Notes: generated from the letters alone by a model not told the origin. 64,000 nt of DNA from Bryobacterales bacterium (GCA_009697505.1 SHUD01000003.1:21919-85918), one strand, 5' to 3'. Shown: positions 18,255 to 28,075, counted from the first letter of the stretch. Numbers and translations are program-made.

Positions 18255-18938
18255 TCACAGGAGTTTGGCTTCCCGCAGCCAGCCGTGCAACACTCGGCGC
18301 GCCAAAGTGGCGGTGTCGAAGGCATGAGGGTCAATGGGCCCGGGCAGGTCTTCGACGTCTCCGCAGTTGACCGGCTGGGCGGACCAATCCTCAATCATGG
18401 CAGGGGTGATTTCCGGATGGAATTGAATGCCATAGACATTACCGGGATGGCGGAAGGCCTGGTTGCGGCAGCGGTCGGAGTAGGCCAGCCACTCCGCGCC
18501 CGCAGGCAAATCAAAAGTTTCCCCGTGCCAGTGAAAGAACGTGGTGGGCGAGGGGATGCCAGAAAATAGCGGATCTTGCTGGGCGGCTTCCGTGAAATAG
18601 AGGGGGGCCCAGCCTATCTCCTTCTCCGGGTTGCGATAGACGCGCGCTCCCAGCGCCTTGGCAATCAGTTGCGACCCCAGGCAGATGCCCAGCACGGGAA
18701 TTCCAGTTCGGATCGCTTGAGCGATCAGGCGGAGTTCCGCGGCGAGCGCGGGTAGCGGATCATTGGCGGACTGCGGTCCGCCCATCACGATGAGCCCGGA
18801 GCGGCCCGCGAGATCCAAGTCATCTCCCAAGTCACTGTATTCAAAAGGGATAGAATGCTCTTGCAGGATATCGGCGAAATACCCCAGGTGTTCAAAAGGC
18901 TCGTGGCGCAACACTAAAATGGAGCCCGAAGTGGGCAT
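18255..18938 (-). CDS. Class I glutamine amidotransferase (GuaA-N-like)
   Basis: Nucleophile elbow GICLGSQL and GIQFHPE motif. Confidence 0.8.
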   Translation of the reverse strand: MPTSGSILVLRHEPFEHLGYFADILQEHSIPFEYSDLGDDLDLAGRSGLIVMGGPQSANDPLPALAAELRLIAQAIRTGIPVLGICLGSQLIAKALGARVYRNPEKEIGWAPLYFTEAAQQDPLFSGIPSPTTFFHWHGETFDLPAGAEWLAYSDRCRNQAFRHPGNVYGIQFHPEITPAMIEDWSAQPVNCGDVEDLPGPIDPHAFDTATLARRVLHGWLREAKLL

Positions 18939-19018
18939 ATCGCTGCGAATTCCCTTTATTCTGCCGATACTAGGAGTAAGGGCTGGCTAGTATACCCATA
19001 TAATCATAGAGTATCCAA

Positions 19019-20008
19019 ATGCGAATTCTGATCGCGGACGACAGTATCGTTTCCCGGCACCTTCTGGATGCCACCTTGCGCAAGTGGGGCTACGAAGTTG
19101 TGGTGGCCTGTGACGGTAATGAAGCGTGGCAGATTTTGCAGTCCCCGGACGCCCCCAAGATAGCGATCCTGGATTGGGTGATGCCGGGGATGACGGGACC
19201 CGAGGTATGCCGCAAGGTTCGCGAACGGGGCAGCGAAGAAAAGTACACCTATATCCTTCTGCTGAGTGCCACGAGCCAGCGTGAGGATCTGATCGAAGGC
19301 ATGGAGTCGGGCGCCGACGACTATTTGACCAAGCCCTTCGATCAGCATGAGCTCAAAGTCCGCCTGCGTCCCGGGCTGCGCATCATTGCACTACAGCACG
19401 AACTGGTTTCCGCGCGCGAAGAGTTGCGCGACCAGGCCACCAAGGACTTCCTTACGCGCGTGTGGAACCGGTCCTCTATTCTGGATATTTTGCAGAAAGA
19501 ATTGGGCCGCGGAGCGCGCGAGAAGCGCCCGGTGGGCCTGGTGCTGGCGGACCTGGATCATTTCAAATCCGTCAATGACACTTTCGGGCATTTTGCGGGC
19601 GACGCCGTCTTGCGCGAATTCGTGCGCCGGACCGCCGGCTCGATGCGTCCCTACGATTCCCTCGGCCGTTACGGTGGCGAGGAGTTTCTGATCGTACTGC
19701 CGGGTTGCGACGAGGAAATGACGCGGAACCAGGCCGAGCGCATGCGGGAGGCGTTGGCCAAGGAACCGATGTCGTTCAACGAAGGCTCGCGCTTGATCAC
19801 GTGCAGCTACGGAGCCACGGCCTGGCTGCCCGGCGTTCCCGGGGAAGACGAGACGCTGATCCGGATCACCGACGACGCGCTCTATCAGGCCAAGCGCGTG
19901 GGCCGGAACCGGGTGATGTTCCTGCCGCCGACGGCGAGCACGGTGACCACCGCCGACGTGCCACCAGTGGCGGTCGGCGCGGCGGACGGAACGTCACCCG
20001 GAGAATGA
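19019..20008 (+). CDS. Response regulator receiver + GGDEF diguanylate cyclase
   Basis: REC domain (ILIADDS, AILDWVMPGM, YLTKPF). GGDEF domain with active site GGEEF and I-site RPYD five residues upstream. Confidence 0.9.
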   Translation: MRILIADDSIVSRHLLDATLRKWGYEVVVACDGNEAWQILQSPDAPKIAILDWVMPGMTGPEVCRKVRERGSEEKYTYILLLSATSQREDLIEGMESGADDYLTKPFDQHELKVRLRPGLRIIALQHELVSAREELRDQATKDFLTRVWNRSSILDILQKELGRGAREKRPVGLVLADLDHFKSVNDTFGHFAGDAVLREFVRRTAGSMRPYDSLGRYGGEEFLIVLPGCDEEMTRNQAERMREALAKEPMSFNEGSRLITCSYGATAWLPGVPGEDETLIRITDDALYQAKRVGRNRVMFLPPTASTVTTADVPPVAVGAADGTSPGE

Positions 20009-20079
20009 TACACTGAAAGTCCCCGACGAGAAGGGGACCAAGAAGTCACGATTCCAGAGTCAACTGAGATCGACGCGGC

Positions 20080-20112
20080 GAAGGGGAGCTCGGGCTCCCC
20101 TTCTCGCTTTTG
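20080..20112 (+). terminator. Rho-independent terminator-like hairpin
   Basis: A 10 bp stem GAAGGGGAGC / GCTCCCCTTC with loop TCGG, followed by TCGCTTTTG, downstream of the GGDEF gene. Confidence 0.5.
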
Positions 20113-20237
20113 AGGAACTCGCGGCACAACGCACGGTGGCGCGATCGGTTCCTGTTTCGTTTCGCGCCACGCCACGCGGCTGTGCCGCTTTTTAGGGCCG
20201 CAGTTCCGGTAATTGGCGTGTGCCAAACTAGAGGGCG

Positions 20238-20807
20238 GTGCACTCCACTCGAGTCGCAACATTTCTTTTGGGCGCCTGGATCGCGTGCTGCATCCTGCTG
20301 GATCTGATTTTCCTGCAGAACTTGCGCTTGGCGGGGCAAATGCTGAATTCGGCAATTCCGCCGGCAGGGCAGATCATACAGAACGCGGGGCGGGAGCCCG
20401 TGGGCCAGTTGCTGCGTCACTTCGCCGCCGAGCAATACCGTTACTACTTCACGGTGTGGGGTCTGACGCAGATCGTGGGAGGAGTGCTGCTGGCCGCGGT
20501 ATTGTACTTTGCGGCCGAGAAGAGAGTCCTGCCGCTGGTGCTGTGCGCAGCGATGGTGGCGCTGGTTTTGTTTCAACTCGCCATTCACCCCGAGCTGGCG
20601 TTTCGCGGGCAGGAAGCGGATTTTCCGCCGGGCAGCCAGTCCGTGGGGACACGAGCTCGGGTGTTCTTACTGATCGAGATCTGGATCGGCGTGGAGGCGG
20701 CCAAGCTCATCGTGGGCGGAGTGCTGGCAGGTTACGTCTTCACCTACAAGTCCCGCAGACGTTCGCGGCGAGTGGATGGTCCGGCTGCGTTGGAACGCGC
20801 GGTTTAG
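20238..20807 (+). CDS. Hypothetical 4-TM membrane protein
   Basis: 189 aa ORF (GTG start) with 4 hydrophobic helices and a basic C-terminal tail. Confidence 0.5.
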   Translation: MHSTRVATFLLGAWIACCILLDLIFLQNLRLAGQMLNSAIPPAGQIIQNAGREPVGQLLRHFAAEQYRYYFTVWGLTQIVGGVLLAAVLYFAAEKRVLPLVLCAAMVALVLFQLAIHPELAFRGQEADFPPGSQSVGTRARVFLLIEIWIGVEAAKLIVGGVLAGYVFTYKSRRRSRRVDGPAALERAV

Positions 20808-20838
20808 TGAGCCGCCGCGGGGAGCGGATGAGCGAAAG

Positions 20839-20880
20839 ACCGGGGACTGAAGTCCCCGTTGCAGCCTAAAGGCCGCTCCA
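20839..20880. repeat. REP-like intergenic element, copy 1 (GGGGACTGAAGTCCCC hairpin + GTTGCAGCCTAAAGGCCGCTCCAC)
   Basis: Shares both modules with 55880-55960: GGGGACTTCAGTCCCC and GTTGCAGGCTAAAGCCCACTCCAC. Confidence 0.45.
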
Positions 20881-20891
20881 CCCCAATGCCA

Positions 20892-21671
20892 CTAAACCAC
20901 ACCGCGCATGCGCAGGGCTTGGTCGATCAAGGCCAGGAGTTGCTGGCGCGTGACTTGTAGTTTCTCTTCCGGATCGGGCATCTCTTCGGCTACTGTGGGG
21001 CTGCCCGGCTCCAGCTTATTGGGAACGTGGACGCCGTAGCGGCCGCGGGCGGCGAATAACTTCTCGACTTCGACCCGGGGGAGGACTTTGGGGCCGCCCA
21101 GCATCTCAGCGACCAGCGTGATGCGGGCCAGGTGTTCCAACGTCTCCATGCGGGCGTAGGCTTCCGGAACACTTTCTCCATAACACACGGCCCCGTGATT
21201 GGCGAGCAGGATGGCGTTGAATTTTGGAATATACGGGAGCATGCCTTCCGACAGCGCGGGCGTCCCCGGCAAGCCGTAATCCGCCAAGGGAACCGAGCCC
21301 AGGGAAACGACGAGCTCCGGCATCAACGCAAGATTCAAGCTGCGGCCCGCAACGGCGAATCCGGTTGAAACCGGCGGGTGCGCGTGCACGACGGCCTGAA
21401 TATCGGGACGCCCCTGATAGACGGCAACGTGCATGCCCATCTCCGTGGTTCGTTCGCGTTGGCCGGAAATCCGGTTGCCGTCGTTGTCGCACACAATCAG
21501 GTCTTCCGGCAGCATGTTCCCCTTGCACACACCGGCGGGTGTGGCCAGGATGCGCTCGCTGTCCAGGCGGGCGGTGATGTTGCCGTCATTGGCCGCAATC
21601 CAGCCGCGTTCGTACATCATCCGGCCGGCGCGGATCACCTGTTCGCGAAGCTGTTGCTCGCACGAGGGCAT
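20892..21671 (-). CDS. Class II aldolase/adducin-family protein
   Basis: 259 aa with metal-binding AVVHAHPPVSTGFA and HGAVCYG blocks. Confidence 0.85.
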   Translation of the reverse strand: MPSCEQQLREQVIRAGRMMYERGWIAANDGNITARLDSERILATPAGVCKGNMLPEDLIVCDNDGNRISGQRERTTEMGMHVAVYQGRPDIQAVVHAHPPVSTGFAVAGRSLNLALMPELVVSLGSVPLADYGLPGTPALSEGMLPYIPKFNAILLANHGAVCYGESVPEAYARMETLEHLARITLVAEMLGGPKVLPRVEVEKLFAARGRYGVHVPNKLEPGSPTVAEEMPDPEEKLQVTRQQLLALIDQALRMRGVV

Positions 21672-21745
21672 GTGCCTTTGATTCTACCAAGCGTAACAGG
21701 GAACGGGTGCCTCCGGGTGACGGCGGTCCCCCGGAGGCCGCTACA

Positions 21746-22555
21746 ATGGGTCTCGTGGAAACCCGCCGGATGTGCCCGCACTGCCGGGCTTTTATCTCCA
21801 GCAGCGATAAAGTCTGCCCTTACTGCGAAGCGGTACTGGGACCACCGGCCGTGGAGCGGCGGACGCCGGCGGACGTACTGGGCGGCCTGATTCCGCCTGC
21901 ACGCTTCACCACGGTGGTGATTCTGCTGATCAGCGCAGGCTTTTATTTGGCGGGGGCGCTGCCGGATCTGGGATTGGGTAAAGGGCTGCCACTGTTTGAG
22001 GCCGGGGCCAAATATGGCCCTGGGATTCGCGCCGGACAATGGTGGCGGTTGATCACGGCGGGCTTCCTGCATGGCGGAATCCTGCATCTGCTGATGAATT
22101 CGTGGGTGCTGTTCGATCTGGGCGCGCAAACCGAGGAGAACTACGGGACCAACCGTTACCTGGTGATCTATCTGGCGTCGACCATCACGGGGTTTTACGC
22201 GAGCTACCTGTGGTCGCCGTATACGCCGTCGGTAGGATCCTCGGCGGGAATCTTCGGGCTGCTGGGGGCGATGATCGCGCTGGGAGTGCGCGATAAGTCG
22301 TCCTACGGCGCGGCCCTACGGGCTCACTATATGCAGTGGGGCATCTATGCGCTGCTGATGTCGGCGTTGTTTCCCTTTACAGACAACGCCGCGCACATCG
22401 GCGGAGTGGCCGGAGGGTTTGCGCTGGCGTACGTCGCTGGAACCCCGCGCAGAACCACGGACGGGATCTGGAAGGTTGCGGGATGGGCGGCGATCGGAAT
22501 CACGGTGCTGGCATTTGCCGCCATGTTCCGCTGGTTGGCGGCCAATAGCCTCTAA
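21746..22555 (+). CDS. Rhomboid-family intramembrane serine protease with N-terminal zinc ribbon
   Basis: CPHCRAFISSSDKVCPYC zinc ribbon, HGGILHLLMN, catalytic GSSAGIFG and AAHIGG. ATG 21746 is preferred over GTG 21707. Confidence 0.85.
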   Translation: MGLVETRRMCPHCRAFISSSDKVCPYCEAVLGPPAVERRTPADVLGGLIPPARFTTVVILLISAGFYLAGALPDLGLGKGLPLFEAGAKYGPGIRAGQWWRLITAGFLHGGILHLLMNSWVLFDLGAQTEENYGTNRYLVIYLASTITGFYASYLWSPYTPSVGSSAGIFGLLGAMIALGVRDKSSYGAALRAHYMQWGIYALLMSALFPFTDNAAHIGGVAGGFALAYVAGTPRRTTDGIWKVAGWAAIGITVLAFAAMFRWLAANSL

Positions 22556-22569
22556 ACTTCTAAGGACTC

Positions 22570-22606
22570 GCCGGCAAAACGGAGCGCGACCGCGCCCTTT
22601 GCCGGC
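22570..22606. terminator. Bidirectional hairpin between convergent genes
   Basis: A 9 bp stem GCCGGCAAA / TTTGCCGGC (22570-22578 and 22598-22606) with a 19 nt GC-rich loop. Confidence 0.35.
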
Positions 22607-24834
22607 TAGCGGATCACGACTTTCGCCAGACCGGCGTTGCCCGCCGCATCGTAAGCGCGGATCACGATGAGGTGCTCGCCGGGGGCGAGGTCGGCGATGC
22701 GGACCAGGAACCGCTCGCCGGGAGAGTCGGTGACGCCGTCAGCGGCTTCGACAGGCTGCCACGGGCGGGCATCGACGGAATACTCGCAGCGGCGCAGCGA
22801 TGATCCGCGGTCTTCGGCGTCGACATCGATTTCGAGCGCGTTGCCATTGCGGCGCGGAGCGGCGGTCCGAACGGCGGGCGGTGTGTTATCGATCAGCACC
22901 GGAGGACTCACGAGCTCGGCCTGGCGGGCTTGCGCGGCGGGATTCGACAGCTTGTCAGAGGCCACGACGCGGAAAAAGTAGCGGCCATCGGCGAGCACGT
23001 CGTCTTCGAGCGTGTACTTGTTGTCCGTCAAATCGTCGCGCAGCAACTTCCATTCGCGCTGGTCTTCGCCACGAAAATAGAGGCTGTAGGAAAGCTTGTC
23101 GCCCTCGGGATCGTCGGCCTGCCAGGTGATCGCCATCTGCTGGCCGCCGGGGCGCGCCAGCGTTTGCGACTGCGTGCCCGCGGGAGTGGTGGCGTCGCCG
23201 CCGTCGGTCACCGTGATGGAGTAAGCCGAGGAGGTAGCGGACGCCGTGGTCTTGGCTGTCGACGACGCTGAGGCTTGCGAGGAAACCGTGATGCTGCGAA
23301 CCGCCGGCGCGGTATTCTGCGGCAAGTAGGCGATGGAGACGCTATCGATCTCGGTGTCTACGCCAGCGAAGTCGGCGCGCCATTGCAGATAACGCGCGTT
23401 GGGACTGCCGATCAGAGACTTCGCCGGATCGCTGATGGGATCGGACCAATCGCTCCAGGTGGCATCGGGACGCGCGGAGTTTCCCGAGCGGGTCTTGAAC
23501 GCGACACCCTGGCCGCTGCCGACCCAGGTGAGGCGGCCCCAGCGCGCGACGGCACCCGAATCATGCACGGGCGATTCAAACCAGGCACTGTTCGCGCTGC
23601 TGTTGGCAGCGCTTGGCCCCGCGGCCAGCAGCATCTTCCCAGGATTTCCGCTGGCGATCAAAAGTCCCTTCGCGGAAGCGGTCAAGCGCGTGGCGTCGGA
23701 TTCATTCGTCTGCGTGATCAGCGTGGCTTCGTGGGAGCGGTCCGAGCGCGGGTCCAGGCGATACACGCGGCCCTGAGCGTCCGTGAGAAACGTCAGGGCG
23801 CTGGCGGATTCGGCGGCGATGTCGTAGACGTTCTCTTCTTTGGAGGTCCACAGGGTTTCAACGGTGTTATCGGGAAGTATTTTGTAGAGCGCGGATTTCT
23901 CGACGCCACTAACTTCCGTGGCCGTGGAGGGAGCCGAGATCGGAGACGAGGCCGCGGGAGCGGTCCTGGCCGGATCGGGCTTGGGCGCGGGGTTGAGGCC
24001 GCTTTGCGCATCGGTCACGGTGATGCTGGTGGCCGGAGCCGTGACCATGGTGCTTGACGTGGACGACGAACTGGAAGCCGCCGAAGTTTTCTTGGCGAGG
24101 CTTCCGCCCAGGGCCGCCGCGTAAATGGAACCGTCCGCAGCGGCAACAATGGCGCGGATCTCCGGCAGGTTGGCGTCGTAGAGCACGAAACCGCGCGCGG
24201 GACTGCCGGTAATGCGATAGAGGATGCCGTTGGGTTCGCTTCCCGCGAGCAGGCGGGACTCGCGGTCGAACGCCAGCGCGGTGACGTGGGACTGTGCGGT
24301 TTCGTAATAGACAGCGCCGCGGCCGGGACCAGTCACCTTGAAAATCTTGCCCTGCTGGCCGGTGGCGACGTACAGTGCCCCGTCGGGCGCGAACGCGAGC
24401 GCCCAAATGTAGCGCTCGCCGGGCGCGAAATATTCCGTCGCGCGGCCATTCTCGATGCGATAGATCTTGCCGTCGGGAGAGGTCCCTGCATACACGACAC
24501 CGGCGCGGTCGACAGCGACGGCGAAAATCTCGGGCTCATCGGAATTCCAGATCGTAGTGCCCTGCCCGGCCGCATCCACTTTGATCAGACGTCCGCGATT
24601 GCCGGTGCCGAGGTAGAGTGAACCGTCGGGGGCCGCGGCCACGCTCCAGATCTGGGCTTGATCAGAAGAGAAGACGGTGTCGAGTCTCGGTCCGAGCGTC
24701 AGGCGTCCATCGCGCGTGATGGAGAGTCCGCTGGTGCGCCCGCGCAGGAAATCCCGATAACCGTTGAGCTCCCAGGTGGCGGTGGTGGCGGCGTGAAGGG
24801 AGAGGGCCGCGGCCAGCAGGCACGGAACTCTCAT
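22606..24834 (-). CDS. Secreted beta-propeller repeat protein with Ser/Thr-rich linkers and C-terminal Ig/Fn3-like region
   Basis: Signal peptide plus repeated ..DG.LY.GT...G.I.K.. blades. 742 aa. Confidence 0.7.
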   Translation of the reverse strand: MRVPCLLAAALSLHAATTATWELNGYRDFLRGRTSGLSITRDGRLTLGPRLDTVFSSDQAQIWSVAAAPDGSLYLGTGNRGRLIKVDAAGQGTTIWNSDEPEIFAVAVDRAGVVYAGTSPDGKIYRIENGRATEYFAPGERYIWALAFAPDGALYVATGQQGKIFKVTGPGRGAVYYETAQSHVTALAFDRESRLLAGSEPNGILYRITGSPARGFVLYDANLPEIRAIVAAADGSIYAAALGGSLAKKTSAASSSSSTSSTMVTAPATSITVTDAQSGLNPAPKPDPARTAPAASSPISAPSTATEVSGVEKSALYKILPDNTVETLWTSKEENVYDIAAESASALTFLTDAQGRVYRLDPRSDRSHEATLITQTNESDATRLTASAKGLLIASGNPGKMLLAAGPSAANSSANSAWFESPVHDSGAVARWGRLTWVGSGQGVAFKTRSGNSARPDATWSDWSDPISDPAKSLIGSPNARYLQWRADFAGVDTEIDSVSIAYLPQNTAPAVRSITVSSQASASSTAKTTASATSSAYSITVTDGGDATTPAGTQSQTLARPGGQQMAITWQADDPEGDKLSYSLYFRGEDQREWKLLRDDLTDNKYTLEDDVLADGRYFFRVVASDKLSNPAAQARQAELVSPPVLIDNTPPAVRTAAPRRNGNALEIDVDAEDRGSSLRRCEYSVDARPWQPVEAADGVTDSPGERFLVRIADLAPGEHLIVIRAYDAAGNAGLAKVVIR

Positions 24835-26588
24835 TCCTTCACCTCGACCTGAATGGTTTTGGTTCCGGTGACGACGAACCCCGCGGCGCCGGGAACTTCT
24901 ATTTCAGCGACCTTCGCGCCGCGCGTGTTCATGGTATTCACAAAGCCGACTTGCGCGCGCGTGAGGAGCAACGCGAGCGATGGAGGCGGATCGGGAATGT
25001 CGCGACCTTCGACGGTGTAGGAGGGCTCGGCGCGCCATACCCGCACGTAGGCTTTCGTGTTGGAGCGCAGGCCGCTCAGCAGGCTCAGGACCTGCCGCGG
25101 CGAACGCTGCGGAGTACCGACGGCGGCCTGGAACTCCATCACATTGGTAGAGGTCGCGTCGGCGATGGTGAAATTAAGCGGACCGATCTGAGCGCCCGTG
25201 GGCACGCGGTACTTCACGCGGCGCGAGGTCTCTTGTCCGTTTTGCGCGCCCAGCACAACGGTCAGCTCCACTTCTTCGCCCGGACGGACGGTGCGCGGAG
25301 CAATCATGTCGACCACCTGCTGCTGGCTGCGGCGCTCCACGGCTGTCACGTTCAGCGTGACGCTCTTCAACTTCAGCGCATCGAAGCCGCTTTGCAGTGC
25401 GTACGCAATAGGCGAAGCGATGCCGGCCGAGGCGATGATCGCAGCACCGACGTCGCCGCTATACACGTCGTCGATTGGCACGCGGCCGCCGTCGAAATCA
25501 AGCTGCCCGCGGATCGAATAGGTCTGCGCGCCCACGCTGCGCTCGGTAGCGTCGATCGAGGAAAACACGGCCATCTGCATCAGCAGAGGCGTCATGACGC
25601 GGTCCTGGATCATGTTCATGCGGTAGGTGATGGAGCCCACGCGGATCTCAATCGGGATCAGGCTGGCGCGGCGCCCGGTGAGACCGGCGACGGCGACATC
25701 GCGGTCGGAGGTGATGGTCCCCATCCACTCGCGGGCGCTGGAAATCTTGAACGAACTCGACAGGCTGGGCAGCAGGGCCACCACCTCGGCGCGCGCGAAG
25801 GGCAGGTCGGTGGAGCCCTCGGAAAGAAAGCGGTGGCCGAAGGCGTAGACGCGGTCGCCGTCGATGGCGGTGATGGTGCCGTCGGCGCCGACGCTCATGT
25901 CGCCGGAAATCAGTTGCACGCTGATCATGGAGCCGGGCTCAAGCTGTTTCGGATCGCCCAGGCGGTCGGGAATGGTGCCGCCTCCGGAAACGCCCTGGCG
26001 CGGGTCGAGGCCCATCTGGCGCAGTTGCGGCGCGAAGTGATCAAGAGTCGCGGGAGTGAAGCCGAGAAAGGAGACAGGCGTGGCGATTTCCACGAGCTTC
26101 GAGTCTCCTGCAGTGAACGCGCGTGCAGTGAGAGAGCGGGCGGCCAGAGAACGTGAGGACGGTGTTGCGGACGCGATGTTCTGCGGCGGCTGCGGCGGGA
26201 CGCGCAGCATGTCCTCGATGGGCCGGATGCCGGCGATGGCTTCCTTGGACTGCGGAAAGCTGAGGGCGACGGCGCCGAGCAGTTTGCCGCCAATGTAGAC
26301 GGGCGAGCCGCTCATGCCCTGCATGACGCCGGTGGTGGCCAGGGGGCCTCCGCTGAGCCGGGCCAGGATGATGGACTCGCGCGGCCCCAGGTTGTGCAGC
26401 ACGCCCAGGATTTCCACCTGGAATTCTTCCACGCGCGAGCCGGCAAAGACGGTGCGTCCGACGCCGCGCTGGCCGGCGCGAACGTCCTGCAAGGGAAAGA
26501 TCTCCGGGGCGGCGAAGGCCGTCGGCGCGGTCAGCGGGATCAGGCCGAGGGCCAGGCCCGCGGTGATCATGAACCGGGGGAAGATCAC
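24831..26588 (-). CDS. Peptidase S55 (SpoIVB-like) domain protein
   Basis: Signal peptide, and a GVMQGMSGSPVYIGGKLLGA serine-protease block typical of SpoIVB/S55. Its stop overlaps the downstream propeller gene by 4 nt. Confidence 0.75.
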   Translation of the reverse strand: MIFPRFMITAGLALGLIPLTAPTAFAAPEIFPLQDVRAGQRGVGRTVFAGSRVEEFQVEILGVLHNLGPRESIILARLSGGPLATTGVMQGMSGSPVYIGGKLLGAVALSFPQSKEAIAGIRPIEDMLRVPPQPPQNIASATPSSRSLAARSLTARAFTAGDSKLVEIATPVSFLGFTPATLDHFAPQLRQMGLDPRQGVSGGGTIPDRLGDPKQLEPGSMISVQLISGDMSVGADGTITAIDGDRVYAFGHRFLSEGSTDLPFARAEVVALLPSLSSSFKISSAREWMGTITSDRDVAVAGLTGRRASLIPIEIRVGSITYRMNMIQDRVMTPLLMQMAVFSSIDATERSVGAQTYSIRGQLDFDGGRVPIDDVYSGDVGAAIIASAGIASPIAYALQSGFDALKLKSVTLNVTAVERRSQQQVVDMIAPRTVRPGEEVELTVVLGAQNGQETSRRVKYRVPTGAQIGPLNFTIADATSTNVMEFQAAVGTPQRSPRQVLSLLSGLRSNTKAYVRVWRAEPSYTVEGRDIPDPPPSLALLLTRAQVGFVNTMNTRGAKVAEIEVPGAAGFVVTGTKTIQVEVKE

Positions 26589-26643
26589 ACCGCTATTGTA
26601 ACGGGTTCATGGAAAGGGCGAATTTCTTGGCGAAGTTATGGAA

Positions 26644-27132
26644 TTAGGTTGCGCGGCGTCGAGAGTCATACTCCAGAAGGAAACCGATTAGTGCCGGGGA
26701 AGCCCGAGAGTTTGTGTTACGCAGCTTGGAGAAGACGGCCGGAAGCCCAACCCATCCCTTTTCCGCAGCGCGGACCAAAACGCCGAGCGTTCCGGTTACG
26801 GTCAACCCGTGGCGGACAGCCTCCTCGACGCCTTCGCGATCGTCCATGAGTAAGAGGTCGGCCTTCCGCTCCCCCGCGAGCCAGATGGCATCCCGTTCGC
26901 CAACATCGAGGTCAGCCGCCGTAGGCGCCGCCTTAGCGGACTCGACGATATCGATCCAACGGGGAGGCTGCTCCATCCACTTCCGCACAGCTTCTGGCGT
27001 TCGCGCCGGGCTGAGTTCGGCGGCGACAGAACGCGGGATCAACACGCGGCGATACAGTTTGACGAGAAGATCGGCTTCGCCAATCAGGACCAAGTAGCGA
27101 AGCGGAGAAGTATCCGCGACGACAACGATCAC
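26644..27132 (-). CDS. DUF3368-type PIN-like toxin
   Basis: VVADTSPLRYLVLIG...LDVGERDAIWLA...LLLMDDREG matches the DUF3368/PIN_3 pattern. GTG start at 27132. Confidence 0.75.
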   Translation of the reverse strand: MIVVVADTSPLRYLVLIGEADLLVKLYRRVLIPRSVAAELSPARTPEAVRKWMEQPPRWIDIVESAKAAPTAADLDVGERDAIWLAGERKADLLLMDDREGVEEAVRHGLTVTGTLGVLVRAAEKGWVGLPAVFSKLRNTNSRASPALIGFLLEYDSRRRAT

Positions 27133-27134
27133 GG

Positions 27135-27400
27135 CTACAGGCCGAGCTTCCGGTGGGATTCGCGATCCCGCTCCACGTCTCCCAGGCCGTATTCCAGCCA
27201 GACCTCGTGCGCTTTCAGGAAGGCGTCCAGTTCATAATGGCTCTCGAATCCCAACAAGCAGCGAAGCTGCGCCGTCGAAAGTTTGCGTCACGGTAAGCCT
27301 CCAAAGCGAGGGACTCCATGACGGCCCTCGACAGGTCGCCTCCCCCGGCAGACAGCACGGCGGAAAGTTCTTGAGGGAGATCGAACGTGACGCGTGCCAT
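27135..27400 (-). pseudogene. UPF0175-family antitoxin interrupted by a -1 frameshift
   Basis: Frame a reads MARVTFDLPQELSAVLSAGGGDLSRAVMESLALEAYRDA. Frame b continues KLSTAQLRCLLGFESHYELDAFLKAHEVWLEYGLGDVERDRESHRKLGL and stops (27135-27137) 2 nt before the toxin start. Total length is 266 nt, and the shift lies at the AAA/TTT run 27278-27284. Confidence 0.6.
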
Positions 27401-27573
27401 ACACAAAAGCAGATCGCGCCGTGGGTGGGACCGCACGGAGTAGCCGGATAAAAGTTGGTTGATCGCCTCGGTATCAGCTAGGAGAATATCGGCGTCTCCC
27501 ACATCCACCGAACGATGCGAACCAGAGACCACAGTAGACCCAGGGCCACGCTGATTATGAGCAAGACTCGGAG

Positions 27574-27888
27574 TTAGAACCAGAGCGCATGGAAAATAAA
27601 CTTCCATTGAGCCCGCGCTTCCTCAATTCTGTTTTCCGAGAACCGCGCCCAGGTCATCAGCTCGGCTACTATTTTAGGTCGAGACTCTCCATCAACTTCT
27701 TCGATGTTGATGACGGCGGCGTTGACAACCGGCAGTACTGCATCGGCTTCCCTTCCATAGAAGTCGAGCGATTCCTGCGCACCTACAAACCACACCCCAA
27801 CTCTCTTGGGCTCAGCCGCAGTTTCGACATGGGTGATCTGCGCCGGATGTTCCTCGACGGTGATTCGTTGCAAACGGTCCAGCTTCAT
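27574..27888 (-). CDS. Hypothetical protein (104 aa) in a lower-GC patch
   Basis: ATG-initiated ORF with plausible composition. No recognisable family and no clear SD. Confidence 0.3.
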   Translation of the reverse strand: MKLDRLQRITVEEHPAQITHVETAAEPKRVGVWFVGAQESLDFYGREADAVLPVVNAAVINIEEVDGESRPKIVAELMTWARFSENRIEEARAQWKFIFHALWF

Positions 27889-28075
27889 CTGATGGGCCTA
27901 CTGGATTTAAAGTACGCTGGATGGCGCGGAACGGCAAGCGGCGCCAGGGGCACTCCGTTGCCGCGGTAGAAACGCCTGTAACGATCCAGGCCACGGCGGC
28001 ATCTACAATTTTCTGCTCTCCAATCCCCCGTAGTAGTATAGGGAGAGCACATTCACGGAAGGAGGCGACTTTCCG

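Noticed and set aside
24951-26156. 401 aa ORF antisense to the S55 peptidase gene
   Set aside because: High-GC antisense artefact. The sense strand carries the GMSGSPVY protease motif and a signal peptide.
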